A stretch of DNA of 64,000 nt. It comes from an uncultured Collinsella sp. GTDB taxonomy: Bacteria; Actinomycetota; Coriobacteriia; Coriobacteriales; Coriobacteriaceae. Within the stretch, counting starts at the first letter, position 1. Each line of letters begins with the position of its first letter. Where the stretch lies: NCBI GenBank assembly GCA_900547345.1, contig URGG01000001.1:2994-66993 (forward strand), in the 5' to 3' direction. The position numbers and the translations under genes are program-made. Below the pieces are notes generated by a model that saw only the letters and a list, made by a program, of their open reading frames with translations, did no database searches and was not told the origin of the DNA. This document shows positions 28,193-39,032 of this stretch, one piece after another.

Positions 28193-28347
28193 TGCAGCGG
28201 CAGTGCGGTCATCTCGGGGTTATCGGTAAAAGAAACTTATTAGACGAGAAATAATTATCACAAACATTATTCGCGCGGAAGTATAATCTAGTAACAGAAT
28301 AAAGCCCGCGGCGGGGTGCCCGGGCATAGCGTTCGAAAGGGTTGAAC

Positions 28348-29220
28348 ATGTTCGATATGGTTTCTCGCCGCGGGTTTGTCTCGCTTTCTGCTGCCGCTGC
28401 CGCCGGCCTTGGCCTTGCCGGCTGCTCGGGCAACAAGACGTCCGAGCCGGCCGGATCCGATGCCGGTTCTGCTAAGGCATCTTCCAAGAAAGCTGTCGAG
28501 CTGCAGGTCTTTGCCGCCAACTCGCTCGAGAAGGCCCTGCCCGAGGTTCAGGAGCTTTACACCGACCAGACCGGCACCACCTTCGCCGACACGCAGTTCA
28601 AAGCGTCCGGCGACCTTGTCGAGCAGATGCGTGCCGGCGCCACGGTCGACGTGCTCATCACCGCTTCCAAGGGCACCATGGATGACGCTGAGACCGCCGG
28701 GCTCGTCGACGCCGACACGCGTGAGGATATGTTCGCCAACGACCTCGTGATTATTCGCGCCGAGGGCTCCGACACCAAGGTCGAGGCCATCGCCGACGTC
28801 GCGAACCTGGACGGCAAGATCGCCATCGGCGATGCCAAGACCGTTCCGGCCGGCAAGTACGCCAACCAGGCGCTGGCTTCTGTGGGCCTTTATACCGGCA
28901 CCGAGGGCGACGACGGCGAGTATGCGCCCGAGATCGCCGACAAGGTGGCCCTGGCCGACAAAGTTGGTACCGCCGCCGCCTATGTGTCCACGGGCGACTG
29001 CGTGGCTGGCTTTGTCTACAGCTCCGATATCTTCCGCTACGACGGCATCGAGGAGGCCTTCGTGTGCCCCGAGGATTCGCACAAGCCCATCGTGTATCCG
29101 GGCGCCGTTGCCGAGAGCTCCGAGCACGCCGACGAGGCCAAGGCGTTCATCGACTTCTGTCTGACCAACAAGAAGGCTCAGAAGATTTGGGCTAAGTACG
29201 GCTTTGAGCTTTCCGAGTAG
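28348..29220 (+). CDS. modA: molybdate ABC transporter substrate-binding lipoprotein (Tat-type signal)
   Basis: MFDMVSRRGFVSLSAAAAAGLGLAGCSG (RR motif plus lipobox), then VFAANSL...ASGDL...GDAKTVPAGKYA. Confidence 0.9.
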   Translation: MFDMVSRRGFVSLSAAAAAGLGLAGCSGNKTSEPAGSDAGSAKASSKKAVELQVFAANSLEKALPEVQELYTDQTGTTFADTQFKASGDLVEQMRAGATVDVLITASKGTMDDAETAGLVDADTREDMFANDLVIIRAEGSDTKVEAIADVANLDGKIAIGDAKTVPAGKYANQALASVGLYTGTEGDDGEYAPEIADKVALADKVGTAAAYVSTGDCVAGFVYSSDIFRYDGIEEAFVCPEDSHKPIVYPGAVAESSEHADEAKAFIDFCLTNKKAQKIWAKYGFELSE

Positions 29221-29276
29221 CGCGGCTTGGCGCGATAATTCCATCGTTTTGTGTTTCACTCCGTCCTTGTATTCGC

Positions 29277-30731
29277 TTGGAGCTCTTCGTGCTAAATAGA
29301 TTCCGCATGCTTGTCGCCTGTGCTTTGACCTTCGCGCTTTGCTGGGTGCCGGGATTTGCGTTTGCTGGGGACGCTGAGGACGGGGCCCAGGCTGCTGCGA
29401 CCGTTCATGGGCTTTCCTATGGGATCGAGGGTTTTGAGCGGTTGGCCAAGGGGACCGCTCGTGCCATGGAGGGCCAGCCTGAGGGCTACCGGTTTCCCGT
29501 TGACGAGGACGTGGACCTTGTAGTGGCGCCTGCTGCTGATCGCGTTGTGGTGTGGATATCGCCCAAGGCGGTCGAGAAGTATGGATTGGATCCGCAGGAC
29601 AACGAGTGCGTATCGGGTCTCAAGGCCCTCGCCTGTGAGCTCGACAGCGCAAACTGCATGGGAGGTGCTCAGCTAGAGGACGTGGATCTTCCTTGGTATG
29701 TTACGGCGGAAACAACGTTTGAATCCGGCGGGTATACCTATGGCTTTGACGAGCGCGGTGCGGATGGGGACCGCTATGTGGTGATTGCATCAGCCTCGGG
29801 TGATGCCAAGGGCGGCGCGCGTTGGCTTGATAGCGCTCAAATGGTAGAAGCGTCGTCTGTCGTGTTGCGGGATGAGCGGGGGCCCTTGACCTCTCTGGCC
29901 TCCTTTTTGGGCGACATCGACTATCGCCCGTTTTGGGTGTCCATAAAAACGAGCGGCCTTGCCCTGCTGATCTCCTTTGCGCTGGGCCTGTTCGCCGCGT
30001 GGAAGACCATGGGTACCACGAGCCGCGTGAAGGGTTTGCTCGATTCGGTCTTTACGATTCCTATGGTGCTGCCGCCTACGGTGTGTGGCTTTTTGCTGCT
30101 TATGCTATTTGGCCGCTCGACCGGGGTGGGCCAGTGGCTGATCGCTCACGGCATCTCGATTGTCTTTACGTGGCCGGCGGCGGTGATCTCTGCCGTAGCG
30201 GTGTCGTTCCCGCTCGTCTACCGTACGGCGCTCGGCGCCTTTGAGAGCCTCGACACGCAGATGCTCGATGCCGCGCGAACCCTGGGCTGGTCCGAGCGTC
30301 GCATCTTCACCAAGCTTATGATGCCGCTTGGCTGGCCCTCGATTGCCGCCGGCACGGTGCTCGCCTTTGCCCGCGCGATGGGCGAGTTTGGCTGCACCCT
30401 GTTCTTTGCGGGCAACTACGCCGGCATTACGCAGACCATTCCCATTGCGATTTACTTTGAGTGGATGGGCGGTAACACCTCGGTGGCCCTCTTTTGGGTC
30501 GTCGTTGTGATCGTGTTTAGTTTCTTAGTCATCCTGTTCATCAACATGTACACCGCGCATTCGCAAAAGTATCGCGAGCGGGGCCTTTCCCGTGCGGAGC
30601 GCAAGCAGGCCAAAGAGTTTGCCGGACAGGGAGATTCGCTCGACCCGGCGGGCGGCGATGCCTTGCGTATCGATCGCGAGGCGCTGGCTGAGCTCATGCG
30701 CGATGATGCTGCGCCGCAGGGAGGTCGATAG
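29277..30731 (+). CDS. modB: molybdate ABC permease ModB fused to a ~215-aa N-terminal signal-peptide/extracytoplasmic domain and a ~55-aa C-terminal tail
   Basis: The C-terminal half carries the ModB core (FTIPMVLPPTVCGFLLL, EAA-loop DAARTLGWSERRIFTKLMMP, GEFGCTLFFAGN). The N-terminal part (MELFVLNRFRMLVACALTFALCWVPGFAFAGD...) has no recognisable family. The start is uncertain (TTG 29277 or ATG 29307). Confidence 0.8.
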   Translation: MELFVLNRFRMLVACALTFALCWVPGFAFAGDAEDGAQAAATVHGLSYGIEGFERLAKGTARAMEGQPEGYRFPVDEDVDLVVAPAADRVVVWISPKAVEKYGLDPQDNECVSGLKALACELDSANCMGGAQLEDVDLPWYVTAETTFESGGYTYGFDERGADGDRYVVIASASGDAKGGARWLDSAQMVEASSVVLRDERGPLTSLASFLGDIDYRPFWVSIKTSGLALLISFALGLFAAWKTMGTTSRVKGLLDSVFTIPMVLPPTVCGFLLLMLFGRSTGVGQWLIAHGISIVFTWPAAVISAVAVSFPLVYRTALGAFESLDTQMLDAARTLGWSERRIFTKLMMPLGWPSIAAGTVLAFARAMGEFGCTLFFAGNYAGITQTIPIAIYFEWMGGNTSVALFWVVVVIVFSFLVILFINMYTAHSQKYRERGLSRAERKQAKEFAGQGDSLDPAGGDALRIDREALAELMRDDAAPQGGR

Positions 30732-30734
30732 GTC

Positions 30735-31805
30735 ATGTCACTCGTTCTGGATATCAAAAAGCGCTATCCCGGGTTTGTGCTCGACATGCAGCTTGAGGCT
30801 GGCGAGGAGCGCGTGGCGCTGTTGGGTGCCTCGGGTTGCGGCAAGAGTTGCACACTGCGCTGCATTGCCGGCGTGGAGACGCCCGACGAGGGCAAGATCG
30901 TTGTCAACGGCGTTACTTTTTTTGACTCGGAGGCGGGCATCAACCTGTCACCTCAGGAGCGTAAATGCGCCCTGCTGTTCCAAAACTATCAGCTGTTTCC
31001 CAACATGACGGTGGCCGATAACGTGTGCGCCGGCGTAAAGGATGCGGGCGACGCCGCGGCGCGTAAAAAACTTGCCGAGCGCTACCTGGGCATTTTTGGC
31101 CTGGCCGACTTTGCCGACCGCTATCCCGCGCGTCTCTCGGGCGGCCAGCAGCAGCGTGTGGCGCTTGCCCGCATGGTGGCGGCGCATCCGGGCATCTTTA
31201 TGTTCGACGAGCCCATGAGTGCGCTCGATGCGTACCTCAAGAGCGCGCTTGAGCAGAACATGCTTGACCTGTTCGATGTGTGCAACCGCACCGTGCTCTA
31301 CGTGAGCCACGACATCGACGAAGCGTGCCGCCTGTGCCAGCGCATCTGTGTGATGCACGACGGGCATGTGGAGGAGATCGGTTCCATCGAAGACGTGGTC
31401 CGCCGTCCACAGACGCTGGCGGCGCTGCGCCTAACGGGCTGCAAGAACACAAGCCGGGCGCGCAAGATCGGCGACGAAGAAGTTGAGGCCCTCGACTGGG
31501 GCATGACCTTTAACGTGGGTCGCGAGGTTCCCGATAATGTGGCGTACCTGGGCATTCGCGCAAGCTACTTCCATGTTGACAACCGTGCCGAGCGGGGTCG
31601 CAACAGCTACGACCTGCATGTGGCCCGAGTGAGCGATTCGCGTTTTGAGCGCCTGGTGCTGTTGGATGCGCCGCGGGCCGATGCGCCCACGCGTCTGCAG
31701 TGGAAGGTCAACAAGGTGGGCGTGCCTGTCGACGAGCTGCCGCAAGAAGGCGAGACCCTTCGCATGCATTTTGATGCCAACAGGATCCACCTGGTTTGTC
31801 GATAG
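30735..31805 (+). CDS. modC: molybdate ABC transporter ATP-binding protein with C-terminal TOBE-like domain
   Basis: GASGCGKS Walker A, LSGGQQQRVALAR, FMFDEP Walker B. 356 aa. Confidence 0.9.
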   Translation: MSLVLDIKKRYPGFVLDMQLEAGEERVALLGASGCGKSCTLRCIAGVETPDEGKIVVNGVTFFDSEAGINLSPQERKCALLFQNYQLFPNMTVADNVCAGVKDAGDAAARKKLAERYLGIFGLADFADRYPARLSGGQQQRVALARMVAAHPGIFMFDEPMSALDAYLKSALEQNMLDLFDVCNRTVLYVSHDIDEACRLCQRICVMHDGHVEEIGSIEDVVRRPQTLAALRLTGCKNTSRARKIGDEEVEALDWGMTFNVGREVPDNVAYLGIRASYFHVDNRAERGRNSYDLHVARVSDSRFERLVLLDAPRADAPTRLQWKVNKVGVPVDELPQEGETLRMHFDANRIHLVCR

Positions 31806-32006
31806 CGCCGGGTAATGCCGTCGGGGATATAAGCCTCGGCGGCTTTGTCTTGCCGTTCGCCGAATGATGGATGAAAAACTCTTATCAACATAGATAATTA
31901 TTTATTAAACGACGGCACACGACGCTGTCGTACGAATGTCAACGGTGTTCGCATGGTCGACGACCGTTGATATAGTTGACCTTAACTTGTAAAGGAGGGT
32001 GCGCAT

Positions 32007-32075
32007 ATGCCGCAGACGACATACATTCGCCGCGTTGCCGCGCGCGCCCTATACATGGCTCGGAGCCGCATATGA
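32007..32075 (+). CDS. candidate 22-aa leader ORF upstream of the 13-gene cluster
   Basis: AAAGGAGGG lies 7 nt before the ATG. The peptide is MPQTTYIRRVAARALYMARSRI. It is too short for the ORF track, and no homology was recognised. Confidence 0.2.
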   Translation: MPQTTYIRRVAARALYMARSRI

Positions 32076-32234
32076 GCAGGTATGTTCACGGCTCCGGGAG
32101 AGACGACGCACAACTAAATAATCAGCTGCAAAGCAGGTTCCCCAAAATCCCGGGTTTAGGCGCGGCTGGGTTTTCGCCACCCACCGTGCAGCAATACCGT
32201 AGCTATTCATTTTTGGTTCGAGAGGGGAACCGTC

Positions 32235-33518
32235 ATGGCTGAAGAATTCGATTTCCATCCGATGTGGGAGAGCCTCGGCATGAATCTTGCCGACCACGAC
32301 ATGCTGCTGGGCGCCGTGGGCCAGATGTACGGCGATATGTTCCTGACGCAGAACAATCGCCCCAAGTCCACGTCCTACCTGGATTTTGTCGCCACCAACA
32401 TCCACAGCGGCCGTATTAAGGAGATGCTCGACAAGAAGGAGGCCGGCGAGGCCACCAAGATCGTGGGCAGCTTCTGCGTCTACGTGCCCGAGGAGATCGT
32501 ACTTGCCTGTGACGGCATTCCCGTGGGCCTGTGCTCGGGTGCCGATTGGGCAACGGACAAGGTCGAGGAGCACTTGCCGCGCAACACCTGCCCGCTCATT
32601 AAGAGCTTTGCCGGCTTTAAGCTGGGCGAGGTCTGCCCTTACATCGAGTCGAGCGACCTGGTGGTGGGCGAGAACACCTGCGATGGCAAGAAGAAGGCCT
32701 ACGAGTTTTTTGCCACGCAAAAGAACATGTACGTCATGGATATTCCCAACGTGCACGACGAGTCGACGCTCGTGACCTGGAAGGCCGAGGTCAAGAAGCT
32801 CGCCGCTAAGATCGAGGAAGAGTGCGGCGTCAAGATTACGCCCGAGCGCCTGAAGGCTGCCATCCATGCCGTCAATGAGAAGCGCCGTGCCCTGCAGCGC
32901 CTGGCTGCCACGCGCGCTGCCGACCCGGCGCCTATCAGCGGTCTCGATAGCCTGCTGACCGTTCAGGCCGCCTTTATGGACGACACGCCGCGTCTGACCG
33001 GAGCCATTAACGATATGGCGGCTGAGTGCGAGCAGCGTGTCGAGGCCGGCGAAGGCGTGGCGCCCAAGGGGACCAAGCGCATCCTGTACACCGGTACGCC
33101 CATGGCCGTGCCCAACTGGAAGCTGTTCAACCTCATCGAGAAGGCCGGCGGCGTTGTGGTGGGCGAGGAGTCCTGCACGGGCTCGCGCTACTACAAGGAC
33201 CTGGTCGACGAGTCCGGCGAGACGGTCGACGAGATGCTCGACGCCATCGCCGAGCGCTACTTTAAGATCAACTGCGCTGTCTTTACGCCCAACGACCAGC
33301 GTATGAAGGACATCGTTCAGATGGCCAAGGACCTGCATGCCGACGGTATCGTCGACGTGGCCCTGCAGTTCTGCACGCTCTACGAGATGGAGTCGTTTGC
33401 CGTGGAGAAGGCCGCCGAGGAGGCCGGCATTCCGTTTATGCACATCACGACCGACTACGCCGGCGAGGATGCAGGCCAACTGCAGACGCGCATTGAGGCG
33501 TTCTTAGAGACGATTTAG
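32235..33518 (+). CDS. 2-hydroxyacyl-CoA dehydratase / double-cubane-cluster-protein family subunit (paralog A)
   Basis: 427 aa with the Cys pattern FCVYVPEEIVLACDGIPVGLCSG...NTCPLIKS...GENTCDGKKKAYE...ESCTG typical of the HgdB/BcrC/BadD family. It is clearly paralogous to 39033..40196. Confidence 0.85.
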   Translation: MAEEFDFHPMWESLGMNLADHDMLLGAVGQMYGDMFLTQNNRPKSTSYLDFVATNIHSGRIKEMLDKKEAGEATKIVGSFCVYVPEEIVLACDGIPVGLCSGADWATDKVEEHLPRNTCPLIKSFAGFKLGEVCPYIESSDLVVGENTCDGKKKAYEFFATQKNMYVMDIPNVHDESTLVTWKAEVKKLAAKIEEECGVKITPERLKAAIHAVNEKRRALQRLAATRAADPAPISGLDSLLTVQAAFMDDTPRLTGAINDMAAECEQRVEAGEGVAPKGTKRILYTGTPMAVPNWKLFNLIEKAGGVVVGEESCTGSRYYKDLVDESGETVDEMLDAIAERYFKINCAVFTPNDQRMKDIVQMAKDLHADGIVDVALQFCTLYEMESFAVEKAAEEAGIPFMHITTDYAGEDAGQLQTRIEAFLETI

Positions 33519-33702
33519 CTGCACCTGCGCTAAGCTGTGCCGCCGGGTGTTCCTATCCACGCGATAGGGATTTCTCTGCTGCCATGCCGGTCGGTGTCCG
33601 GATGCACCGCAGGGCGCCGATCGGCTTCGCATAGCTGCCGGGGCGGGGATTTCCGCCGTCCCGGCAGATTCTATCTGTTTGTTCAGACACGAAAGGAACT
33701 CA

Positions 33703-35313
33703 ATGAACAACGACCTTTTCAAGGCGGGCGTTTCCCGTCGCGGTTTTCTGACCGGCTCCGCTGCCCTGTGCGTCATGGCGGGCCTCGGCCTCACCGGCTG
33801 CGGCGGTTCGGGCGCCGAGAGCGGTAGCGCCGCTGCCTCCGGCCAGGATGTGGAGTATCGCGACGAGCTGCAGATCGCGTTGCCGGCGAGCCCGGACGGT
33901 CTCGATCCGCACACCACGTCGTCGCTTGTGACCATGGACATCCTCTGCAATGTCGTCGAGCCGCTCTTTGGCCTCGATAGCGACTATGAGCCCCAGCCCG
34001 TGCTGGCCAAGGGCTATGAGGTCTCCGACGACGGCCTGACCTACACCATCAAGCTGCGCGAGGGCGTCACCTTCCACAACGGCAAGGAGTTTGGCTCCGA
34101 GGACGTCGTGGCCTCGATGAACCGCTGGCTCACCGTCAACGACCGCGCCGCGAGCCTGCTGCCCGGCGCCACCTTCGCCGCCTCGGGCGACCACGAGGTC
34201 ATCTGCACGCTGACCGAGCCCGCCGTCGACTTTCTGATCATCCTGGGCAATCACTCCCAGTATCCGGGCATCTTCCCCTCCGAGGTCATCGAGGCCGCGG
34301 GCGATACCGGCGTGACCGAGTACGTGGGTACCGGTGCCTACAAGTTTGCGGAGTGGAAGCAGGACCAGTACGTCCATCTCACCCGCTACGAGGACTATGT
34401 CGCCGCCCACGGCAAGGCTTCGGGCTACACCGGCAAGGTCTCCGCGCCCACCAAGGACATCTACTATCAGTTCGTGACCGAGGCCTCCACGCGCGTGAGC
34501 GGGTTTGAGACCGGCGAGTACGATATCGCTGGCGAGATCCCCACCGAGAACTACCACGACTTCGACGGCAACGACGACGTCAAGCTCTACACCCATAACG
34601 CCGGCGTTCTGACCGCCTTCCTCAACATGAACGAGGGCATCTTCGCCGACGAGGAGATCCGCAAGTGCGCCCTCATGGCTATCGACTGCGAGGCGGCCGC
34701 TCTTGCCGCCTATGGCGAGAAGGAGCTCTTCAACATCGACCCCAACCTTGGCAACCCCGAGAACGCTCAGTGGGCGACCGACGCGGGTAAGAAGTACTTT
34801 AACCAGGCCGACGCCAAGGCCGCCAAGAAGGCTCTGGCCAAGACCTCCTATGCCGGTGAGACGGTCAAGCTGCTGACCACCCCCGACTACAAGGATATGT
34901 ACAACGCCACCGTCGCGCTGCAGGAGCAGCTCGAGAAGGCCGGCTTCACCGCCGAGGTCGACAGCTACGAGTTCGCGACCTTCATGGACATCCGCTCCGG
35001 CAAGCCCGAGCAGTGGGACCTCTTTGTGGCCTCCACCAACTACAAGCCCATCCCGGCCCAGTCCCTCTCGGTCTCCAAGGCCTTCTATGGCCTGTCCGAC
35101 GAGAAGGCGCTCAAGCTCGTGGCCGAGACCCGCACCGCCAAGGACACCGACGCCGCGGCCAAGAAGTGGGCCGAGGCTCAGGAGCGCCTCTATGAGATCG
35201 CCGTCATCGAGCCGCTTTGCCACTACGCTTCCATCACGGGCACCCAGGCAGACGTCGAGGACGTCGAGGTGCTCGACGGTGCCATCGTTTGGAACGCCAA
35301 GCGTCCGGAGTAA
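33703..35313 (+). CDS. ABC transporter substrate-binding lipoprotein, family 5 (peptide/nickel/opine type), Tat-type signal
   Basis: MNNDLFKAGVSRRGFLTGSAALCVMAGLGLTGCGG, then an SBP_bac_5-like body (LDPHTTSS..., KLREGVTFHNGKEF). Confidence 0.9.
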   Translation: MNNDLFKAGVSRRGFLTGSAALCVMAGLGLTGCGGSGAESGSAAASGQDVEYRDELQIALPASPDGLDPHTTSSLVTMDILCNVVEPLFGLDSDYEPQPVLAKGYEVSDDGLTYTIKLREGVTFHNGKEFGSEDVVASMNRWLTVNDRAASLLPGATFAASGDHEVICTLTEPAVDFLIILGNHSQYPGIFPSEVIEAAGDTGVTEYVGTGAYKFAEWKQDQYVHLTRYEDYVAAHGKASGYTGKVSAPTKDIYYQFVTEASTRVSGFETGEYDIAGEIPTENYHDFDGNDDVKLYTHNAGVLTAFLNMNEGIFADEEIRKCALMAIDCEAAALAAYGEKELFNIDPNLGNPENAQWATDAGKKYFNQADAKAAKKALAKTSYAGETVKLLTTPDYKDMYNATVALQEQLEKAGFTAEVDSYEFATFMDIRSGKPEQWDLFVASTNYKPIPAQSLSVSKAFYGLSDEKALKLVAETRTAKDTDAAAKKWAEAQERLYEIAVIEPLCHYASITGTQADVEDVEVLDGAIVWNAKRPE

Positions 35314-35323
35314 TGCAATAGAT

Positions 35324-35367
35324 GGCGTGGCGGCTGGAGGGGTCTGGTCCCCTGTGGCCGCCACGCC
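35324..35367 (+). terminator. strong hairpin after the SBP gene (intra-operon stabiliser or partial terminator)
   Basis: GGCGTGGCGGC-...GGGG tctggt CCCC...-GCCGCCACGCC. No T-run. Confidence 0.55.
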
Positions 35368-35401
35368 CCGTCCACGTTCAGAGGGGAAATAGACGCCTCG
35401 C

Positions 35402-36355
35402 ATGTTGAAGTACACGCTCAAACGTATAGGCGCGATGGTTCCGGTGATGCTCATCATCTCGGTCGTCGTGTTTTTGATTATCTATCTCACACCGGGTGAC
35501 CCGGCCTCTTCGATGCTCGGCATGGAGGCTTCGGCCGACCAGATCGAGCGCGTCAACGATAGCCTGGGACTCAACGAGCCGCTGCCGCAGCGCTACGTTG
35601 AGTGGATGGGCGGCGTGCTTACCGGCGACCTGGGCGATTCGTATTTTATGCGCCAGCCCGTCACGCAGGCGATTGCCGAGCACTTTGGCCCCACGCTATC
35701 GCTCGCGCTTCTGGCGCAGCTCATCGCGCTGTTGATTGCACTGCCCTGCGGCGTCGTTGCTGCCCTCAAACATGGGTCGCGCACCGACGCGGTCTTGCGT
35801 GTCGTTGCTCTTTTGGGCGTGGCGATACCCGGCTTTTTGATGGCGCTCATGCTTATGTGGCTGTTTGCCGTCACGTTGCGTGTGTTCCCGGTGGCCGGCT
35901 ATGCGCCGCTATCGAAGGGCTGGTTCAGCCATTTACGCTATCTTGCGTTGCCGGCCATATCGCTTGGATGCGTGCAGGCGGCCCTGCTCATGCGCATGAC
36001 CCGTTCGAGCGTTATCGAGGCCATGCAGCTCGACTGCGTCAAGACGGCGCGTGCCAAGGGCGTCTCCGAGGTTCGCGTGGTGCTGGCCCATGCCCTGCGC
36101 AACGCAGCGCTGCCGATTCTCACCTCGGTCGGCTATTCTTTTGGCGCCCTGATTACGGGCGCCGTGGTGACTGAGGCCATTTTTAACATCCCCGGTTTGG
36201 GCCAGCTGGTCACGAGCTCTATCGAGCGCCGCGACTATCCGGTGATTCAGGGCGTGCTGCTGGTCATCGCCTTGTTGAATTCGGTGATCAATCTGGCCGT
36301 CGACCTTGCCTACGGCGCTTTTGACCCGCGCGCTCGCAAATGGGGCGACGCATGA
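35402..36355 (+). CDS. ABC transporter permease (DppB/OppB/NikB-like)
   Basis: MLKYTLKRIGAMVPVMLIISVVVFLIIYLTPGDP is the classic N-terminus. EAA loop VKTARAKGVSEVRVVLAHALRNA. Confidence 0.9.
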   Translation: MLKYTLKRIGAMVPVMLIISVVVFLIIYLTPGDPASSMLGMEASADQIERVNDSLGLNEPLPQRYVEWMGGVLTGDLGDSYFMRQPVTQAIAEHFGPTLSLALLAQLIALLIALPCGVVAALKHGSRTDAVLRVVALLGVAIPGFLMALMLMWLFAVTLRVFPVAGYAPLSKGWFSHLRYLALPAISLGCVQAALLMRMTRSSVIEAMQLDCVKTARAKGVSEVRVVLAHALRNAALPILTSVGYSFGALITGAVVTEAIFNIPGLGQLVTSSIERRDYPVIQGVLLVIALLNSVINLAVDLAYGAFDPRARKWGDA

Positions 36356-37182
36356 TGGCAAACGTTAAGAAGGCTCTTGCCAACAAGGGGTTTGTGGTCG
36401 GCGGCTGCATATTCCTGGCGATTGCGCTGATTGCGCTCGTCGGTCCTCTGGTGTGGACGGTTAATCCCAATGCGCAGGAGATGGCGTTGCGACTTTCGGC
36501 ACCTTCGCCCGCGCATCCCTTTGGCTGCGATGATTTTGGCCGCGACCTGCTTGCCCGCGTCATCGCGGGCGCGCGCGTGTCGCTTGGCGTCGGCATTGCC
36601 GTCACGCTCGCGACGAGTGCGCTCGGCTTGGTGATCGGCGCCTATGCGTGCTACAACGAGAGGCTCGATCACATTCTCATGCGCATCTGCGACGGCCTTA
36701 TGTCCATTCCGGGCGTGCTGCTGGCCATCGCACTCATGGCCATGATGGGCGCCTCGGTCTGGAACGTCATCATTGCGCTCTCCATCGTCTATACGCCCAG
36801 CATGGCGCGCATCGTGCGCTCGCGCGCGATGGTGGTCAAGGAGGAGCCCTTTGTGGAAGCCCTGCGCGTGCAGGGCGCCTCGACCGCGCGTATCGTGTGG
36901 CTGCATATCGTGCCCAACGTTATGGCACCCTTCCTGGTGCAGGCGACCTTCGTCTTTGCCGAGGCCGTGCTCTCGGAGGCCGCCCTCTCGTTTCTGGGCC
37001 TGGGTATCAAGGCGCCCGACGCCAGCTGGGGAAACATCCTGCAGGCGGGCAAGAACGTGATGCGCAAAGCCTGGTGGATGATCTTCTTCCCGGCAGCGGC
37101 CATCATCGCGAGCGTGCTTTCGCTGAACCTTGCCGGCGACGGCCTGCGCGACGCCCTCGACCCCAAGACCAAGGAGGACTAG
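36352..37182 (+). CDS. ABC transporter permease (DppC/OppC/NikC-like)
   Basis: The start shows ATGA overlap with the upstream stop. PFGCDDFGRDLLARVI and EPFVEALRVQGAS motifs. Confidence 0.9.
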   Translation: MMANVKKALANKGFVVGGCIFLAIALIALVGPLVWTVNPNAQEMALRLSAPSPAHPFGCDDFGRDLLARVIAGARVSLGVGIAVTLATSALGLVIGAYACYNERLDHILMRICDGLMSIPGVLLAIALMAMMGASVWNVIIALSIVYTPSMARIVRSRAMVVKEEPFVEALRVQGASTARIVWLHIVPNVMAPFLVQATFVFAEAVLSEAALSFLGLGIKAPDASWGNILQAGKNVMRKAWWMIFFPAAAIIASVLSLNLAGDGLRDALDPKTKED

Positions 37183-37185
37183 CCC

Positions 37186-38170
<985 letters not shown>

Positions 38171-38181
<11 letters not shown>

Positions 38182-38956
38182 TAGCGAAGCCCTGCTTAGG
38201 GTCTCACATCTGACTAAAACGCATCCCATGCCGGGCTCAGGTTTTAAGCGTCAGGTCTTTACCGCCGTGGACAATCTGTCGTTTGAGATCGCGCCGGGCG
38301 AGGTCTATGGCCTAGTTGGCGAATCCGGATCGGGCAAGTCGACGACTGGACGCCTCATCTGTGGTCTCGAGCGTGCGGATTCCGGCTCGATTGTCTATCG
38401 CGGGCACGACCTCGCCACGATGTCGGAGCGCGAACGCAAGCCGTTTCGCCGCGAGATCCAGCTGGTATTCCAGGATAGCTCTACGGCTTTTGACCCGCGC
38501 AACCGTGTCGGCCGCATTTTGGAGGAGCCGCTGATTATCGCCGGCGTGCGCGATGCGGATGAGCGTCATGGGCGCGCGGTCTCGGCCCTGGCCTCGGTCG
38601 GTCTTCTGGCAGAGCATTATGACCGCTATCCGCATGACCTTTCGGGGGGACAGCGCCAGCGACTCAATCTGGCACGGGCGCTTATTTGCGAGCCGCGCCT
38701 TGTGGTATGCGACGAGCCGGTCTCGGCGCTTGACGTGTCCGTTCAGGCCCAAGTGCTCAACTTGCTTCGCGACCTGCAACGCACGACGGGCGTGGCGCTG
38801 CTGTTTATCACGCATGATATGCGTGTGGTTCGGCATATGTCCGACCGGATTGGCGTACTCTACCACGGTCGTCTTGTCGAGGAGGGCGCGGCCGAGGACG
38901 TGATCGCACACCCGAGCGATCCGTATACGCAGGAGCTTATCGACGCCATTCCCTAG
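38171..38956 (+). CDS. ABC transporter ATP-binding protein (OppF/DppF-like)
   Basis: [35 protein letters not shown]. It overlaps the upstream gene by 11 nt. Confidence 0.9.
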
Positions 38957-39032
38957 AGGATGCTTCCTTTTGGGTATGGCGTGGGTTTGTTGTTTAATTG
39001 TTGGTATATCGGTGCAAGAGAGGGGAACTACT

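Noticed and set aside
28193-28347. Possible Moco riboswitch upstream of modA (and of moeA at 26208-26390)
   Set aside because: The leaders are short, and I could not identify the multi-stem Moco motif. Only a TATAAT-like box (28282-87) is visible. An Rfam scan would settle it.
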